A DNA stretch of 56,084 nucleotides, counting the filler, from Porpidia crustulata (Eukaryota): NCBI GenBank assembly GCA_964255105.1. It is 5 parts of 5 records of this genome, joined end to end, with 100 filler letters (N's around TTAATTAATTAA, not from the genome) between each part and the next. Parts side by side here need not be neighbours in the genome. Positions count along the whole stretch, not along the records: positions 11,264 to 22,420 come from CAXUWE010000691.1; positions 22,521 to 33,676 come from CAXUWE010000692.1; 3 more parts are not named here. One strand, 5' to 3'. Position numbers and translations under genes: made by a program. Below are positions 11,264 to 24,248 of this stretch, piece after piece; position 1 is the first letter of the stretch; the number at the start of each line of letters is the position of its first letter. Below the pieces are notes generated by a model. That model saw only the letters and a list, made by a program, of their open reading frames with translations. It was not told the DNA's origin and did no database searches.

Positions 11264-12098
11264 GGTCAAATAATCACAACCCGCCAGCTCGGTGATCTCG
11301 CCGATGTTCCTGAAGCTAGCGCCCATGACGATCGTCTTGTAACCGTGCTTCTTGTAGTAATTGAAGATGGCCTGCACGCTCTTGACACCGGGGTCCTCTT
11401 GCGGGGAAAACTCCTTCTTCATCGCCACTTTATACCAATCCAGGATGCGGCCGACGAACGGCGAGATGAGGAAGGCGCCGGCTTCGGCAGCGGCGATGGC
11501 TTGTGGGAGGGAGAACATGAGGGTCAGGTTGCAATTGATGCCATACTCGGATTGCAGGGTGTGGGCGGCTTTGATGCCTTCCCACGTTGAGGCGAGTTTT
11601 ATGAGAATGCGGGATTTGTCGATGCCGATGGATTTGTAGAGCTTTGCATTATTAGTGAATGGTTCTTAGGTCGTAACGGAACGACTTGGGCATACTTCAA
11701 TGATATGAAGAGCTTTCTCAATCGAGGCTTTCGTGTCGAAGGAGAAGCGAGCGTCGACTTCTGTGGAGACCTTTCCGGGGACGATTTTCAAAATCTCCTT
11801 TCCAAATTCGACGAGCAGGCGGTCGAGGGTGGCATCCACCTTTTGGTCAATGTCTTTGCCCTGCTACAATCAGCTTTGTGGTCTGACGATCGGATTCTGC
11901 ACTACCAACGTGATCCTTGCCGTATTCCACAGCTACATCCATCAACTTGGCATACTCGGCCTTTTTCGATGCTGCTAGGATGAGAGATGGGTTTGTCGTG
12001 GCATCTTGCGCTTTGTACTTTCCAATAGTCTCAAAGTCCCCGGAATCGCAGACCACGGTGGTGCCGGTTGCCTTTAATTGTTCGAGTGAGCTCGTCAT
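11264..12098 (-). CDS. TAL1: Transaldolase, 3' truncated
   Basis: [52 protein letters not shown]. Introns 11909-11861 and 11695-11642. Confidence 0.95.
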
Positions 12099-12566
12099 AT
12101 TCTTTTGCCGGTAGGGTAGCAGTCGGTAGAGGTTTTCTTCAGATTTGTGAGTATAGGTGGGAAACAACGTCCGATTAATTGGCGTTTCTTTTGAGCTTGA
12201 GGATTTCTTTTGCTGGCGTTGGGAAAAAGACTCAAATAGCTGCCCCACCATATGACGGATAACGGCAAACTCCGCAAATAGAGTAGCGGATTGTTCGGCT
12301 GTCGCTTAGCAAAGCAATCAGAGTACTCTAGATAGGGATGATTGGGTCTAGTAAGACAGGCCAGCGGAGACGCCGGAGAGTCCGAAGAGGAGCAAAGTAG
12401 AGTAACAGTGTGACAGTGGACTCCTATTCGGGCTGGTTTCTATTGTCCGGACGCAAAATTTTGGGTCTATACCGATTTTCTCAATTCTAAGTCCTGAGTA
12501 GCTTCTTCTGATAGATAAGCTAACATAAATTGATATGTACAAGTTGGTCCTGGCTACGGTGATGCA

Positions 12567-13782
12567 TTAATCACTTGCTTCAAGCATGCCCTGGACTCCT
12601 TTCTCTAACCCTTTGCAGTCAACCACAAATCCCCAAGTTCTCGCGCAATTATACTCCACACAATCGCTGGCAAAGGTTGGGCTTGTCGTTCCGCAACCAT
12701 CGCTCAGGAGCACGCAATCCCACCCTTTCGTGAAGGAGTCTTGCAATGAGCCTCCCACACACTGATCGGTATTGACGCCTGCGAAGAGTAAGGCTGTGAT
12801 GCCTTCCTTCTTCAAAAACTCTTCGCAAGGCGTGGTGGCTCCCCACATGCCTGACATTCTATTCTTATGAATCCAGACATCGGGCGTCGCTTTCATTCGT
12901 TGACCCTCTTGATATGCAGCATCAAGAGCAGGAGGTAATGCGGCGTTCCAAGTATCCCGCATCAACAACCTTCCGCCGTCAACCTTGGAGCCATCACCTA
13001 GAGTCACAGGGCCCATTTCACTACCTAATCCTTTATATATACGTTTTGGCTTCCCATTCTCTGTCAAGTCATTCGTACTCGCTGCTTGTTCCTTCAAATG
13101 AAGCTCAACTGCTGCTTGATTGACGCCGTGGGCATCAATGGCTGGCAATGCTTCTTCAGCAGGTAGCGCTTCAGCTTCCGCGTTCGCCTTCAAAGAATCC
13201 TCAAACCCAAATGCGCGACGCGTACTTGGAGGCATCTTCACTATATCGCTATCTGTGAGGCCCCAGTTCAGCCAAATTATTCGTATACCGGCCTTTCGTG
13301 CTGCTGGTATGGCCTTCTCTAACAAACACTTTTGGGCTTTATTTCCGGCGCCGTCCGCTGGACGACCCAGACAGGTGGAAATGAAGAAATTCTGCATATC
13401 TAAAAATGCCAAAGTCAGTATGCTTTGCTAGGCCAGTCTTATGCGCTATTGATCATGTCTGCAGTGTCGACACTCCTGATATAGGTCTTGCACCTCATGA
13501 CAGTCTCCAAATTGGGTGATATTGTCTCGCGTTCGGCTTACCTATTATCACCAGCGCTGTCTTGCTTGGCGCAATGATTATCGGGGTGGTAGTCGTAGAA
13601 AGAGCTATAGATGAGGTCGGAGATGGAAGAGGAAATTCTGGAGGTGAAGGCCGAGTAAGGTCAAACGATGCTGGCGAGGAGGTATACAACCAATGGTTCG
13701 GATATTCTCCCACGAGAGCGCGTCGGGGCTTTGGCTTGAAGACTCCATCAACCACCTTTTGCTCGGTAATAGTTGTGCTCAT
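12567..13782 (-). CDS. Isochorismatase-family cysteine hydrolase
   Basis: Exons 13782-13542 and 13399-12567 give TALVII|DMQNFF, IHKNRMSG and AGVNTDQCV (Asp-Lys-Cys triad). Confidence 0.88.
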
Positions 13783-14411
13783 CTTGATGACTTCCTGAGA
13801 GGTCGCTACGGCGCACGATTTCCTTCGCTATATACACGCATTGGGGTGCTCAGCTTGCTTTGTAGAAATTGCAACCCCCAGATAGCATGTCATAAGACAT
13901 GTCAAAGATTCATATCATGATCGCGCAACCCCGCAGTTTGATAAGGGGAATTTGTCCTGAAGATAGATAGGGTGATCGGCACGACCATCCACTGGGTGTA
14001 CCCATTCGTACGGAGCAAATTTGCTATCTTTGGGGATCTTGAACGATTGCATCATGTAGTGAGCTCAATTATGAATCATGCCCAACAGATGGGACTCAAA
14101 GGATCCATTTTACACCAACAGCCCATGGAGAAGCAAAAGGATGATCTTGCGATTGCGGAGAAGGGGTATGAAGATCCAGAAGCGAAGCAAGCACGGACCA
14201 CACCATAGCACGTCAACCCACACTCTCCGTTCTCCATTTCACATCCATTCTCGAAAATCTACCAAGAGCGCACGCCCAATAGTCCCAATAGTCCTGGAGC
14301 GTAGATAAACGAGCCAAGAGTAGCACGACTCCAACTCACCAACAATTGTCTTGTACTGGCATCGATCTTCAATTCTAAGCTAGCTCAAATAAACCTACCA
14401 GCAAACTTAAG

Positions 14412-17283
14412 ATGGCCATATCGCAAGCAAAAGTCAAGAGTGTGCTCTCAGGGGACACCTTGGTTCTGGTCAGCGTTAACAATCCAAGCCAGGAACGGAC
14501 TTTAAGCCTTGCTTTTGTGAGCGCACCTCGTTTACGAAGAGAGGGCGATGAGGTTAGTAACCAATTTCTTTGCACGTTCCCGCAGCACATGCGCTACTAT
14601 TCATCTCATATCATTACATTTTGATTGAACTAAATGTCTGAATAATTCTGCAGAAACGCAGTTGGGGGATTGCGGCCTACAATTAAACGCTGACTGTGAA
14701 GAATGACAGCCATTTGCGTTTCACTCTCGCGAATACCTACGCCGCAAATGCGTGGGGAAAGTGATACAATTTAAAGTCCTATATACGATACCGACTGGCG
14801 CAAAGCGAGACTATGGTACCGTGAAACTACAAAGTGGTGACCCATTACCCGAAGCAGCGGTTGCAGAAGGATGGGTGAAACTTAGAGAGGACGCCGGCCG
14901 GAAGGATGAATCGGAGGAATCAAAGGTGCTGTTAGAATTACTGGAGCTGAAAGAGGCGAAGGCAAAAGCGGACTCCAAAGGCGTGTGGGCATCTGAAGCT
15001 GGGAAGATTGAAAATACACATGAAATACCGGATGCCAAAGAGTTTGCGGAACAGTGGAAAGGTCAGCCTTTGGATGCTGTAGTCGAGAGGGTGTTGAGCG
15101 GTGACCGCATGGTTGTGCGGATGTTTTTATCTCCCACGAAACATGTACAAACAATAGTACTGGTTGCCGGAATTCGTGCACCAGCCACCAAAAGAACAAA
15201 TACTTCAGACGGAAAGGAGCAGCCTGCTGAAAGTGGCGGTCCGGAGGCTCACCATTTTGTTGAGTCGAGAATGCTGCAGCGAACCGTGAGTGTAGAGGTA
15301 CTTGGTTCAAGTCCTCAAGGCCAGCTCATCTGCGTCATAAAGCATCCGAATGGCAGCATTGCAAAGTTTATACTCGAAGCTGGTCTCGCACGATGTACCG
15401 ATTTCCACTCCACCCTCCTGGGCCAAGAGATGACTACACTAAGACAGGCAGAGAAACAAGCTAAGGACGGTAGACTTGGTCTATTCAAGGGCATGACCGC
15501 GAACAAGGGAATAGCAACTGGCGATGCCGAAGCCACTATTACAAGAATACAAACGGCTGACACAATCTATTTACGAAATAAAGCCGGATCAGAGAAACGA
15601 GTCAGTCTCAGCAGTGTCCGGCAACCTAAGCCTACAGACCCAAAGCAGTCCCCCTTCCAAGCGGAGGCTAAGGAATTTCTGAGGAAGAAACTTATAGGGA
15701 AGCATGTCAAGGTCACTGTAGATGGTAAAAAAGCAGCTTCGGAAGGCTACGAAGAGCGAGAGGTTGTCACGATAATAATCAACAATAAGAACGTCGCTCT
15801 AATGCTAGTAGAAGCTGGCTTTGCCTCGGTCATCAGACATCGACGAGATGATGGTAAGTCTGATTCAAATTGCATTCTTCGTGTAGCTTACTGTTTTCTA
15901 GATGATCGAAGCCCTTATTACGACGAACTCCTAGCTGCCGAGGAAGCAGCGCAAAAGGATGAGAAAGGGATGTGGTCAACAAAACCTCCAGCCCAGAAAA
16001 CCTACCAAGATTACTCCGAGACCCTACAGAAAGCAAAGGTGCAAGCGTCAGTTTTGCAACGACAAAAGAAGATCCCCGCGGTGGTCGACTTTGTCAAATC
16101 CGGATCTCGATTCACAGTCCTTATCCCTCGAGAGAATGCCAAGCTTATATTTGTTCTTTCTGGTATACGAGCTCCTCGTTCGGCTCGGAATCCGCAAGAC
16201 AAGGCGGAACCATTCGGACAAGAAGCACACGAGTTTGCCAATCGACGTTGTAATCAGCGAGACGTTGAAATTGACGTCGAGAATACCGACAAAACTGGAG
16301 GCTTTATTGGCACACTTTACGTTAATCGGGAAAACTTCGCCAAGGTCTTGGTCGAGGAAGGCCTTGCCAGTGTGCACGCATATTCAGCCGAGCAGTCGGG
16401 CAATGCCAATGAACTCTTTGCTGCCGAGAAGAAGGCTAAAGAAGCCCACAAAAACATATGGCACGATTGGGACCCCAGCAAAGAGGAAGATGACGAAGCG
16501 GAGGAGGATATTAAAATCAATGGCTCGAACGGCATAATAAATGGCGACTCGAATGCAGCCCCAGCCAAGAAAGACTATCGCGATGTCATTATCACACACA
16601 TAGACGATTCATGTCACTTGAAGTTCCAAATGATTGGCAGCGGGACGTCTTTTCTAACAACCCTCATGTCCACCTTCCGCACATTTCATCTTTCACCCTC
16701 GAACTCAGGAACGCTGCCAACAGCACCTAAGGCGGGAGACATTGTTGCCGCTAAATTTTCTGAAGACGGTGAATGGTATCGAGCCCGCATACGTCGTAAC
16801 GACCGCGAGGCTAAAAAGGCCGACGTCTTATTCATCGACTACGGTAACAGCGAAACACTGCCATGGACATCGCTACGACCTCTCAATCAACCGCAATTCT
16901 CGACACAGAAATTGAAAGCCCAAGCCGTTGAGGCTCAGCTTTCTTTTCTCCAGTTTCCATCAAGTCCTGAGTATCTGAGTGATGCAGTAACCTTCTTGGG
17001 TCAGGCAACAGCCGGTAAGGAATTGGTCGCTAGTGTGGATTTCACTGAAAAGGATGGCACTCTATGGTGTACTGTCTTCGATCCAGAGAAAGGCGAAGAC
17101 GAATCAAAGAGTTTCAATGCCGAAGTTGTTGGAGAAGGATTAGCTATGGTAAGCAGGAAGCTGAAGCCTTGGGAGGCGAGGAGGACGGACTTGATCAAGG
17201 GCATGAAGACGAAGGAGGAGGAGGCCAAGGTGGAGAGGAAGGGAATGTGGGAGTATGGAGATTTGACGGAGGACTACACTTGA
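14412..17283 (+). CDS. SND1: Tudor staphylococcal nuclease (Tudor-SN/p100)
   Basis: AKVKSVLSGDT..., four SNase repeats and a Tudor domain (AAKFSEDGEWYRA..FIDYGN), ending MWEYGDLTED. Introns 14553-14709 and 15854-15901 (in-frame). Confidence 0.95.
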
Positions 17284-17591
17284 ACAAAGGTGGTCCTTTG
17301 AAGTTGTCCATCCATGAAAGTCAGCTTGTCAATGGCATGAAGGTCTTTCGATCATACGGCATCAATGTCTGACATCGAAATCACCACGGATTCGTAAAGC
17401 AGTGAAACCTAGAATTAGCCCATTGATTGCTGACAAAACCGTGACCCCACCATTCGAGGACATTGCCCCGCCATTGCCATCATCAATCCTCATCTTCCTC
17501 CACACCCACCACAAACATCCCAAGACCTACATCTTATACCAACAGCCAAGAAGTCATCTCTTTATAGTTCGTAAAAGAGTCATCAGCCACA

Positions 17592-18464
17592 ATGGTCAAA
17601 GCAGGTAAGTCCACTTTCTCAACAACTTAGTGTTCCACTTTCTAGGCGTGATCACGGATGGATCGAGCAATTTTGAGCAAGTTTTTATGCACTGTGACTT
17701 GATGGCATCACCAACCAGCCTCCTTCCACCAGTATACCATACTGTTCTTCACGTCACTTCTCAACGTCTCCTTCCGCTTCTTCCGACTCCACCCCTTCAG
17801 TCCCTATTCCCTATCCCATGCTCCCGCTTATCAAGCCTAAAACTGACATGCCTACAACAATCAGTCGCAGTCGTCCGTGGAGACTCCAACGTCAGCGGTA
17901 CCGTCACCTTCGAGCAGGCTGACGAATCCTCCCCAACTACCATCTCCTATGATATCAAGGGTAATGACGCATCGGCTGAGCGTGGCATGCATGTTCACCA
18001 ATTTGGAGACAACACCAATGGGTGCACTAGCGCTGGACCGCATTGTAGGCATTGTTGATAGGATGTCTGACCGCTGTGGCACTGATTCTTCGACTTCATC
18101 TAGTCAACCCGCACTCCAAGACACACGGTGCTCCGTCCGACGACGAACGCCATGTCGGCGATCTTGGAAACTTCAAGACGGACGCCCAGGGTAACGCTAA
18201 GGGATCCATTGAAGACAAGATGGTCAAGTTGATTGGGCCTGAGAGTGTTCTGGGAGTGAGTTTTTCGTCTTCTATCCTACCTCGCCATCCATATCTTGAA
18301 CGTGCTGTTTTGCCCGGGAGTATCAAAGGCTGACGTCAATCCAGCGCACCATTGTTGTCCATGCTGGCACTGACGACCTTGGCAAGGGTGGACACGAGCA
18401 GAGCAAAACAACTGGAAACGCTGGAGGTCGACCGGCGTGCGGTGTCATTGGCATTGCGGCATAG
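17592..18464 (+). CDS. SOD1: Cu/Zn superoxide dismutase
   Basis: Exons 17592-17604, 17865-18044, 18104-18255, 18345-18464: [55 protein letters not shown]. Confidence 0.97.
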
Positions 18465-19860
18465 GGTCCAAAGACTACACAAAATGAGAATTTACGATAG
18501 TCGAAATGATCTGGTGCGTGGATGGATATGTGATAAGTTTTTGAACTTAGCGGGTCGTTGTACTTTAAACCCAGATTACAAAGAAAGTCGATCATTAAGA
18601 AAATTATGGAGGCAAGGCTGATCTACTTCTATGATCGATTTACCCCAAGTGTAATAAATCGAGTCTTGCAAGCATAGGATTGCGCTTTGGAAAACCCAAC
18701 ATCAACCTCGGAGATGTTCGAAAACACGATAGGAGATATTCGAGTCTGGTTTGACAAGGTGCATGATGCATGAAAAGACACTGTAGGGCAGCTGATGGCG
18801 CACAGAGCCACAACCCGGAAACGCAGGCTGCATGGAAACAGTTCGTGGAAGCAGTCGAGATGGGGAATCAACCTGATAGGCCATTGGAGTTGTCGATGCG
18901 CGATAAAACGGTTTCAATTTGAAATTTCCGTGGATGATGGAGAAATAACGGGAGGACACGTCCTGCCCAAAAGCTGTCGTTGGATGCAAGACTAGGCCAT
19001 GAGTAGTAATTGGATACGGAGGAAGGGCCGAGACCGTTGCGGTTATTCTTCATGGCAGCGCCGCTGGTGTCAAGCGTTCAGTTCAATCGTTGATAGGCGG
19101 TAGCGGTTGCTACTACTGTTGATTTGGGGCATCTCGACATTATGGGCTATGACTTGGATGCCCCTAATTCTTTTTCGCGGTCTGATGAAAATTAAGATGA
19201 GAGGGCTGGTGAGAAGTGCCGTGGGCGGTTGCTTTTTGTCTAGTGAGACAGCAATCTCGAAGAGCGGAGTCGGTTTAAGGCTTGAAGTTCACCTTCCTAG
19301 TCGAATAAAAGGATTATATGCCAGGGTAGTTCCAACCAAATAGTCCGTAATAATAAAAAATTCGAAAGAAATAATCTTAACTCAATTCCACTAGCATCAA
19401 CGGCCGAGGGCAACCACCACTACCGCCAACCCATCCTCCTCACCTCTTCCACCTCCTCTCCCTTCTTTCCGCGACACCACTAGGTTTTTCTCTTCTGGTC
19501 CGAATTTCCAGTCTTCTTGCGGTTTCAGTTCTATCAACTTATTCTTTTCTTCGCCAAACCGTCAAGTATCAGTAAGTCTTTCCCACGATTCGCCTAAATC
19601 CCGAGGATCTGCAAGAGGGAAAAAAAACCTCAACACCCCCAATCTTTGAAGTGCGACTACACAGGTGTCCAGATAAGAAACGGCAATGTGCCTCTACACT
19701 GTTGCATCAATGTCTTCTCACAGTGTATTGCTAACCTCCGTTTGCAAGAATAGAATTACAGCTTCGATGCTTGTGTAATACAGTTTCTCTCGCCAAACCT
19801 ACCTCCCCCCACCGTTGACTTCGCAGCATTTACATCCTACATCAATTCCGGACACGTAAA

Positions 19861-21279
19861 ATGTCTTTCTACGAAGCTCAGTCATGGCAGCTGCCTATGA
19901 ACCAGGGCTCCTGGGAGCGACTGCCTCCTCTGTCAAGATCCGGTACGTTTACACACAATCGAGTACTCGGAAGGCTCACTCTCATCCTTGGACAGGCACA
20001 AGTTCTGTCAACCAGCAGGAGGGTATATCTGCGTTTGATGTACAAATAGAAGGTATGTCGCATTTTCTTCCTTTGAGCCAGTAGGCACCGCATTAATTCA
20101 GCTTTCGGTCCTCAATTTCACATCTGGCTCGCACTCCTTCATCGAACTTTGCTCATGATATAGATGTCTACCAGGCAGAACCAAACTGACCATTTTCTAG
20201 AAGTGGACCGTGCGCTCGACAATCTGAGCAAGAGCGGGAAACTGTTCAACGCGCCCTCGAGAAGAGATTCCATGCCTATGATGGGAGGTTCACGCCCTTA
20301 TGCGGAATTTGGTATTTATTCCTTCCCTACAAGCACAAAGAACCTGCTAAATATACAAGATCAACGTATGGGCGGCATACCTCCACGCCATCATTCGATT
20401 AGCGACTACGAGCAAGTCCGACCGCATTCTAGCTCCAACCTTCAGAGTTTCTATGCGAATCAGCGTCACCAGCCACGACCTAGTGAAGCGGAACAGATGA
20501 TGCAAGTCAAGCGGAAAATGGCCGCCCAACGTGAACGTGAACTTCGTAATTACCATCAAGAACAGAAGTCTGCTCGCGCCAACAGTCCTGCCTCAATGAA
20601 TGAAGAGGAGCGTAGAACTTTGATTGCACGCCAACACCGAGCACTCTATGGTGACGGCGCTCCGGCTTTCTATGATAATGCTGGGGCCGGGAATGAAAGT
20701 ACCACTCCTCGTCCGACAGGCCAAGGCTCAAATGCGTCAAATTCTGCAGGGCCCTCTCCGCTTGCTTACGATCCATTCGGACTTGGCCAAAACCAGACTC
20801 AGGCTAGTCACGGAGAGACCGCTGGGCAATTTACCAATGTCGAGCAGACTCAGTCAAGTGCCGCAAAGGGACCGTCACCAAAGCCACAGCAACGGTCACG
20901 TGCAAACAGCACATCGTCTCCTGCTTCGAACAATCAGAACTTCAGTTTGTTTGAAAACGCCGCTCAGCAATCAAGCCGGACGTCGACATCGTCTCCCGGT
21001 GGATCTCCTCCGCGCCAGGCAAAGACATCAGTAGCTCCCATTGGCACCGGGGTTATCGGCAGCCGTGCGGCTCCAAGCCAGGCTCTTAACAAGCGCTCTA
21101 CCACTCCTCTACCTTCGCCGCTTAGTTATGGTTTCGCGCCCAATGAAAGTGCGAACGCAAACGAACGCTCCACGCCGGCGGCCTCGAACCCTACTGCAAC
21201 CCCCAAGGACTCCACTCCTTGGGGCGGCAACTGGGGAGGGAAAACCAATCTCGGTGTTCAGCAATCCGTGTGGGGCTAG
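19861..21279 (+). CDS. Hypothetical low-complexity (S/Q/P-rich) protein, probably conserved in Pezizomycotina
   Basis: Exons 19861-19942, 19996-20052, 20201-20311, 20360-21279 with consistent phase-1 introns; blocks EVDRALDNLSKSGK and MAAQRERELRNYHQEQ, C-terminal QSVWG. Probable 5'UTR intron near 19572-19753. Confidence 0.75.
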
Positions 21280-22420
21280 TATGGTTTTCAAAAAGTTGGT
21301 GGCGTGTTTTCTCGACGGAGTATTCGCGGTGTCTTGCATTCCGGTGTTTACATGTGCGCTCTAGGATATCCCGTGTTCGGTTCCCTTGGGTCCATCAGTT
21401 CCGCTGCAATTTTTCGCGCTTCCTTTTGTCAGCGTCATGTCATCGGGGCGGCGGCGGCGACGGATAAGGTCGCTTCTTTTCTCCTACCGTTCGGGACGGC
21501 CGGTGTCTTTGGTGGTGTTTTTTCCTTCTCTGTGTCAGGCAAAGGGCGGACTCGGCAGTTCGATGGGTAATCAAGAGGATCAATCATTGGCGCGGGAAGC
21601 ATGGGTTTTGTTGATTGAGTCCGGGATTTGGTTTTCGAATTAGCATTGTGTGGGTGATAGTTACACGTGAGGAGAGCGCAGGCGTGACGGGACCGGGGCT
21701 GGGGCTTTAACGGTGTAAGGAACTTGAGCGAAACTGAAGCTGTGACAGTGGTTTTTATGTCGGCGTGTGATGTGATTGATGCGTGTGATGCGTTCGACGG
21801 GCACGAATACTCTCGTGGTTGTTAACGCTGAACTCGCGTCCTTCGAATCCCTCTTGATTAATTTATGTATCTTCTGTTCTTGCTGTACATGCCATCCTCA
21901 TCTCGTCTTCATCTTCATCTTCGCCTCATCATTATCTCATCCCGATCTCACCATTGTCCCCTCTCATCCTCATCTTCCGTCTTTCATCTCTCGATATACA
22001 TCTTTTCTCAAATTTCTTTTGAATTAACCGGTGTGACGGATTCGTTGCGGACGGGAACGGATTAGGAAAGGGTTCATGAGATATTGGGTGATGGAATTAA
22101 TGAGAAAGAGAGAAGATTATGCTAATGGAGTCGTGATGGAAGAGAAGAAGAATATCTCAAGAACAATTCCAATCCAATCAACCAAACCCACTTACCCAAC
22201 GATTCAAGAAACCCAACGACCCACCAAACCCATCAGCTAATAAACCAGCACCATAAACCCCCTACCCCGACCAAACCTTTCCAAGAAAAACCGTCCTACT
22301 GGTTTTCATGGAAAGAAATCAAGACGCGAGTGAGTGTCTGGAACTAGAATGTGGTGGTTTGGGAATTTTAGGGAGGGTTGTGTTGGTTTTGAGGGGGAAA
22401 AGGGTGGATGAGTGTGTGAG

Positions 22421-22520
22421 NNNNNNNNNNNNNNNNNNNNNNNNNNNNNNNNNNNNNNNNNNNNTTAATTAATTAANNNNNNNNNNNNNNNNNNNNNNNN
22501 NNNNNNNNNNNNNNNNNNNN
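22421..22520. other. Artificial contig linker
   Basis: N44-TTAATTAATTAA-N44. Confidence 0.98.
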
Positions 22521-23697
22521 GTGTGGTGCTGACGGCGGGGTCCGTGAAGGGATCGAGATCTGTGGGGATTATGGTTGAAGAGGTGGTGGGGATGGCGACG
22601 GCTTTATTCGCTTGGCGGGCGAATTGCGCTGCTGGGCCGTTATCGTGGATGTAATCCGTGCCGCGCGTTTCGGCGATTCGACATGAGCAGCATTGGAACT
22701 GGCATTCCATCTTCATGAAGTCGATCTGGTCTTCCGCGTTCCTTCTTAATTGCTTTTCCATGTGCAATGCCTTCTGCGCCGTCGCGAGATCGTCATCCTC
22801 GTCTACTTCCGGGTCCTCATTTTCTTTTAGGCTCTCGCGTCTGTCTGGCCGCTTCTTTTTCGGCGACGAGAATTCGTCTCCTTCTCTTGATATTGGCAAT
22901 GCTATTCGACCTTCTGCAGCGATTCTGGCGACCTCCTCTTCCCGAAGGCTTGTCTTTAAGACTTCCTTTTCCTCTTCAATGACTTTCATTCGACGTACTA
23001 GGCTGTCTAGCTCCTCTTGTAGGCCGACGAGCTGGTACTGCGCTGCGAAAGTCTCCCGCTCTTTTCCATCCACCTTCCGCCGCTGTACCTCCACCTCTTC
23101 CCTCATAAGCGTGAACTTATTTCTGGCAGACTTTAGCTCCTCCTGTAGCTTTACCAGCGCACTAGATGATTTGAACGCTTCCTTTCTTGCTCGTCGTACC
23201 TCCTTCTCATAGAGCGCTTGCGAGCGCGCAAAGGTCTCTTTCGATTGTTGAAGCTCTTCCTAAGCCGGAATTAGCAAATCGCTTTATTCCGATTTCTTTG
23301 TGTAAAGTACCATAACCGCCTCAACTCTTTCTCCAACCCTCCTTTCTCTCGATCTACCCTCTTCAAACTCCCTCCGTAATTTGCCATTCTCATCCTTTAG
23401 CCTTCTCGTTTCACTCTCCGCTTCCTCTCTTCCAAGCACTGCCCTCCTCAAAGACGCCTCATTCTCTTTTCGTCTTTGCACCGCCTCTTTGCTCAATGTA
23501 TTGAATTGCGCGACTTTGCTCTGTACATCGGAGGAGCCGCGCGAATGATTTGTGACGAATGGATCGTATTGAAGGGCGGCAAGGCCGGAGGGGAGTGATG
23601 GGGAGTTCGGGAGATGCGGTTGACGATTCGCGCGTTCTGGGGAGACGGGGAAGAGAGGAGTACCAGGAGAGGCGGGAAATCGGAAAATTGGGTCCAT
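22521..23697 (-). CDS. Hypothetical coiled-coil protein with a CQFQCCSC motif; 3' truncated
   Basis: Exon 23697-23311, intron 23310-23260, exon 23259-22521; long E/R/K heptad region, EEEVARIAAEGRIALP, MKMECQFQCCSCR. Confidence 0.75.
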
Positions 23698-24248
23698 CTG
23701 ACGCTTAGGTGAGTTTCACCAGCTTCAAATACAGGATTGTAGACGTATGTATGAGAATCCGTCAGTTCTCTAGCATTGAGTTGGTCGACGGGATGGCCGT
23801 GTTGACGCGAATTATGGCGCTAGCAGTCGCACCCAGCAACGCTAACACGCGATATACAATGTCACTCCCTCGTCCCTTCGCTCGTACTACAGACTTGCAA
23901 GTGAAGAAATCTAAGTTCATTGTTCCAAAATTGTTAAGAAGTATGCTTTCAACAACATCACGACCTTCATGGCAATCAAAGCTTCAGTTCCTGAATTCTC
24001 GGCTTTTCGTCTAATGCTACTAACAACAAACCTCCTTGCCAACCACCTTTCACAACTGGACAGGATCATTAAGCAGGAGTCGTTGTTGCAAAATCTTTGA
24101 TGTTATCTAAGATGTCATCTAAAAGTTATGGAATGTAGCCTTGGGATTTAAAATAGGTCATTATAATTTCATATTCGATAGATGTGGAGTACCTAATCGT
24201 GCTATATTTACGCGGCTCCAAGATTCAGAGAATGCTCATGAGTGAGAA

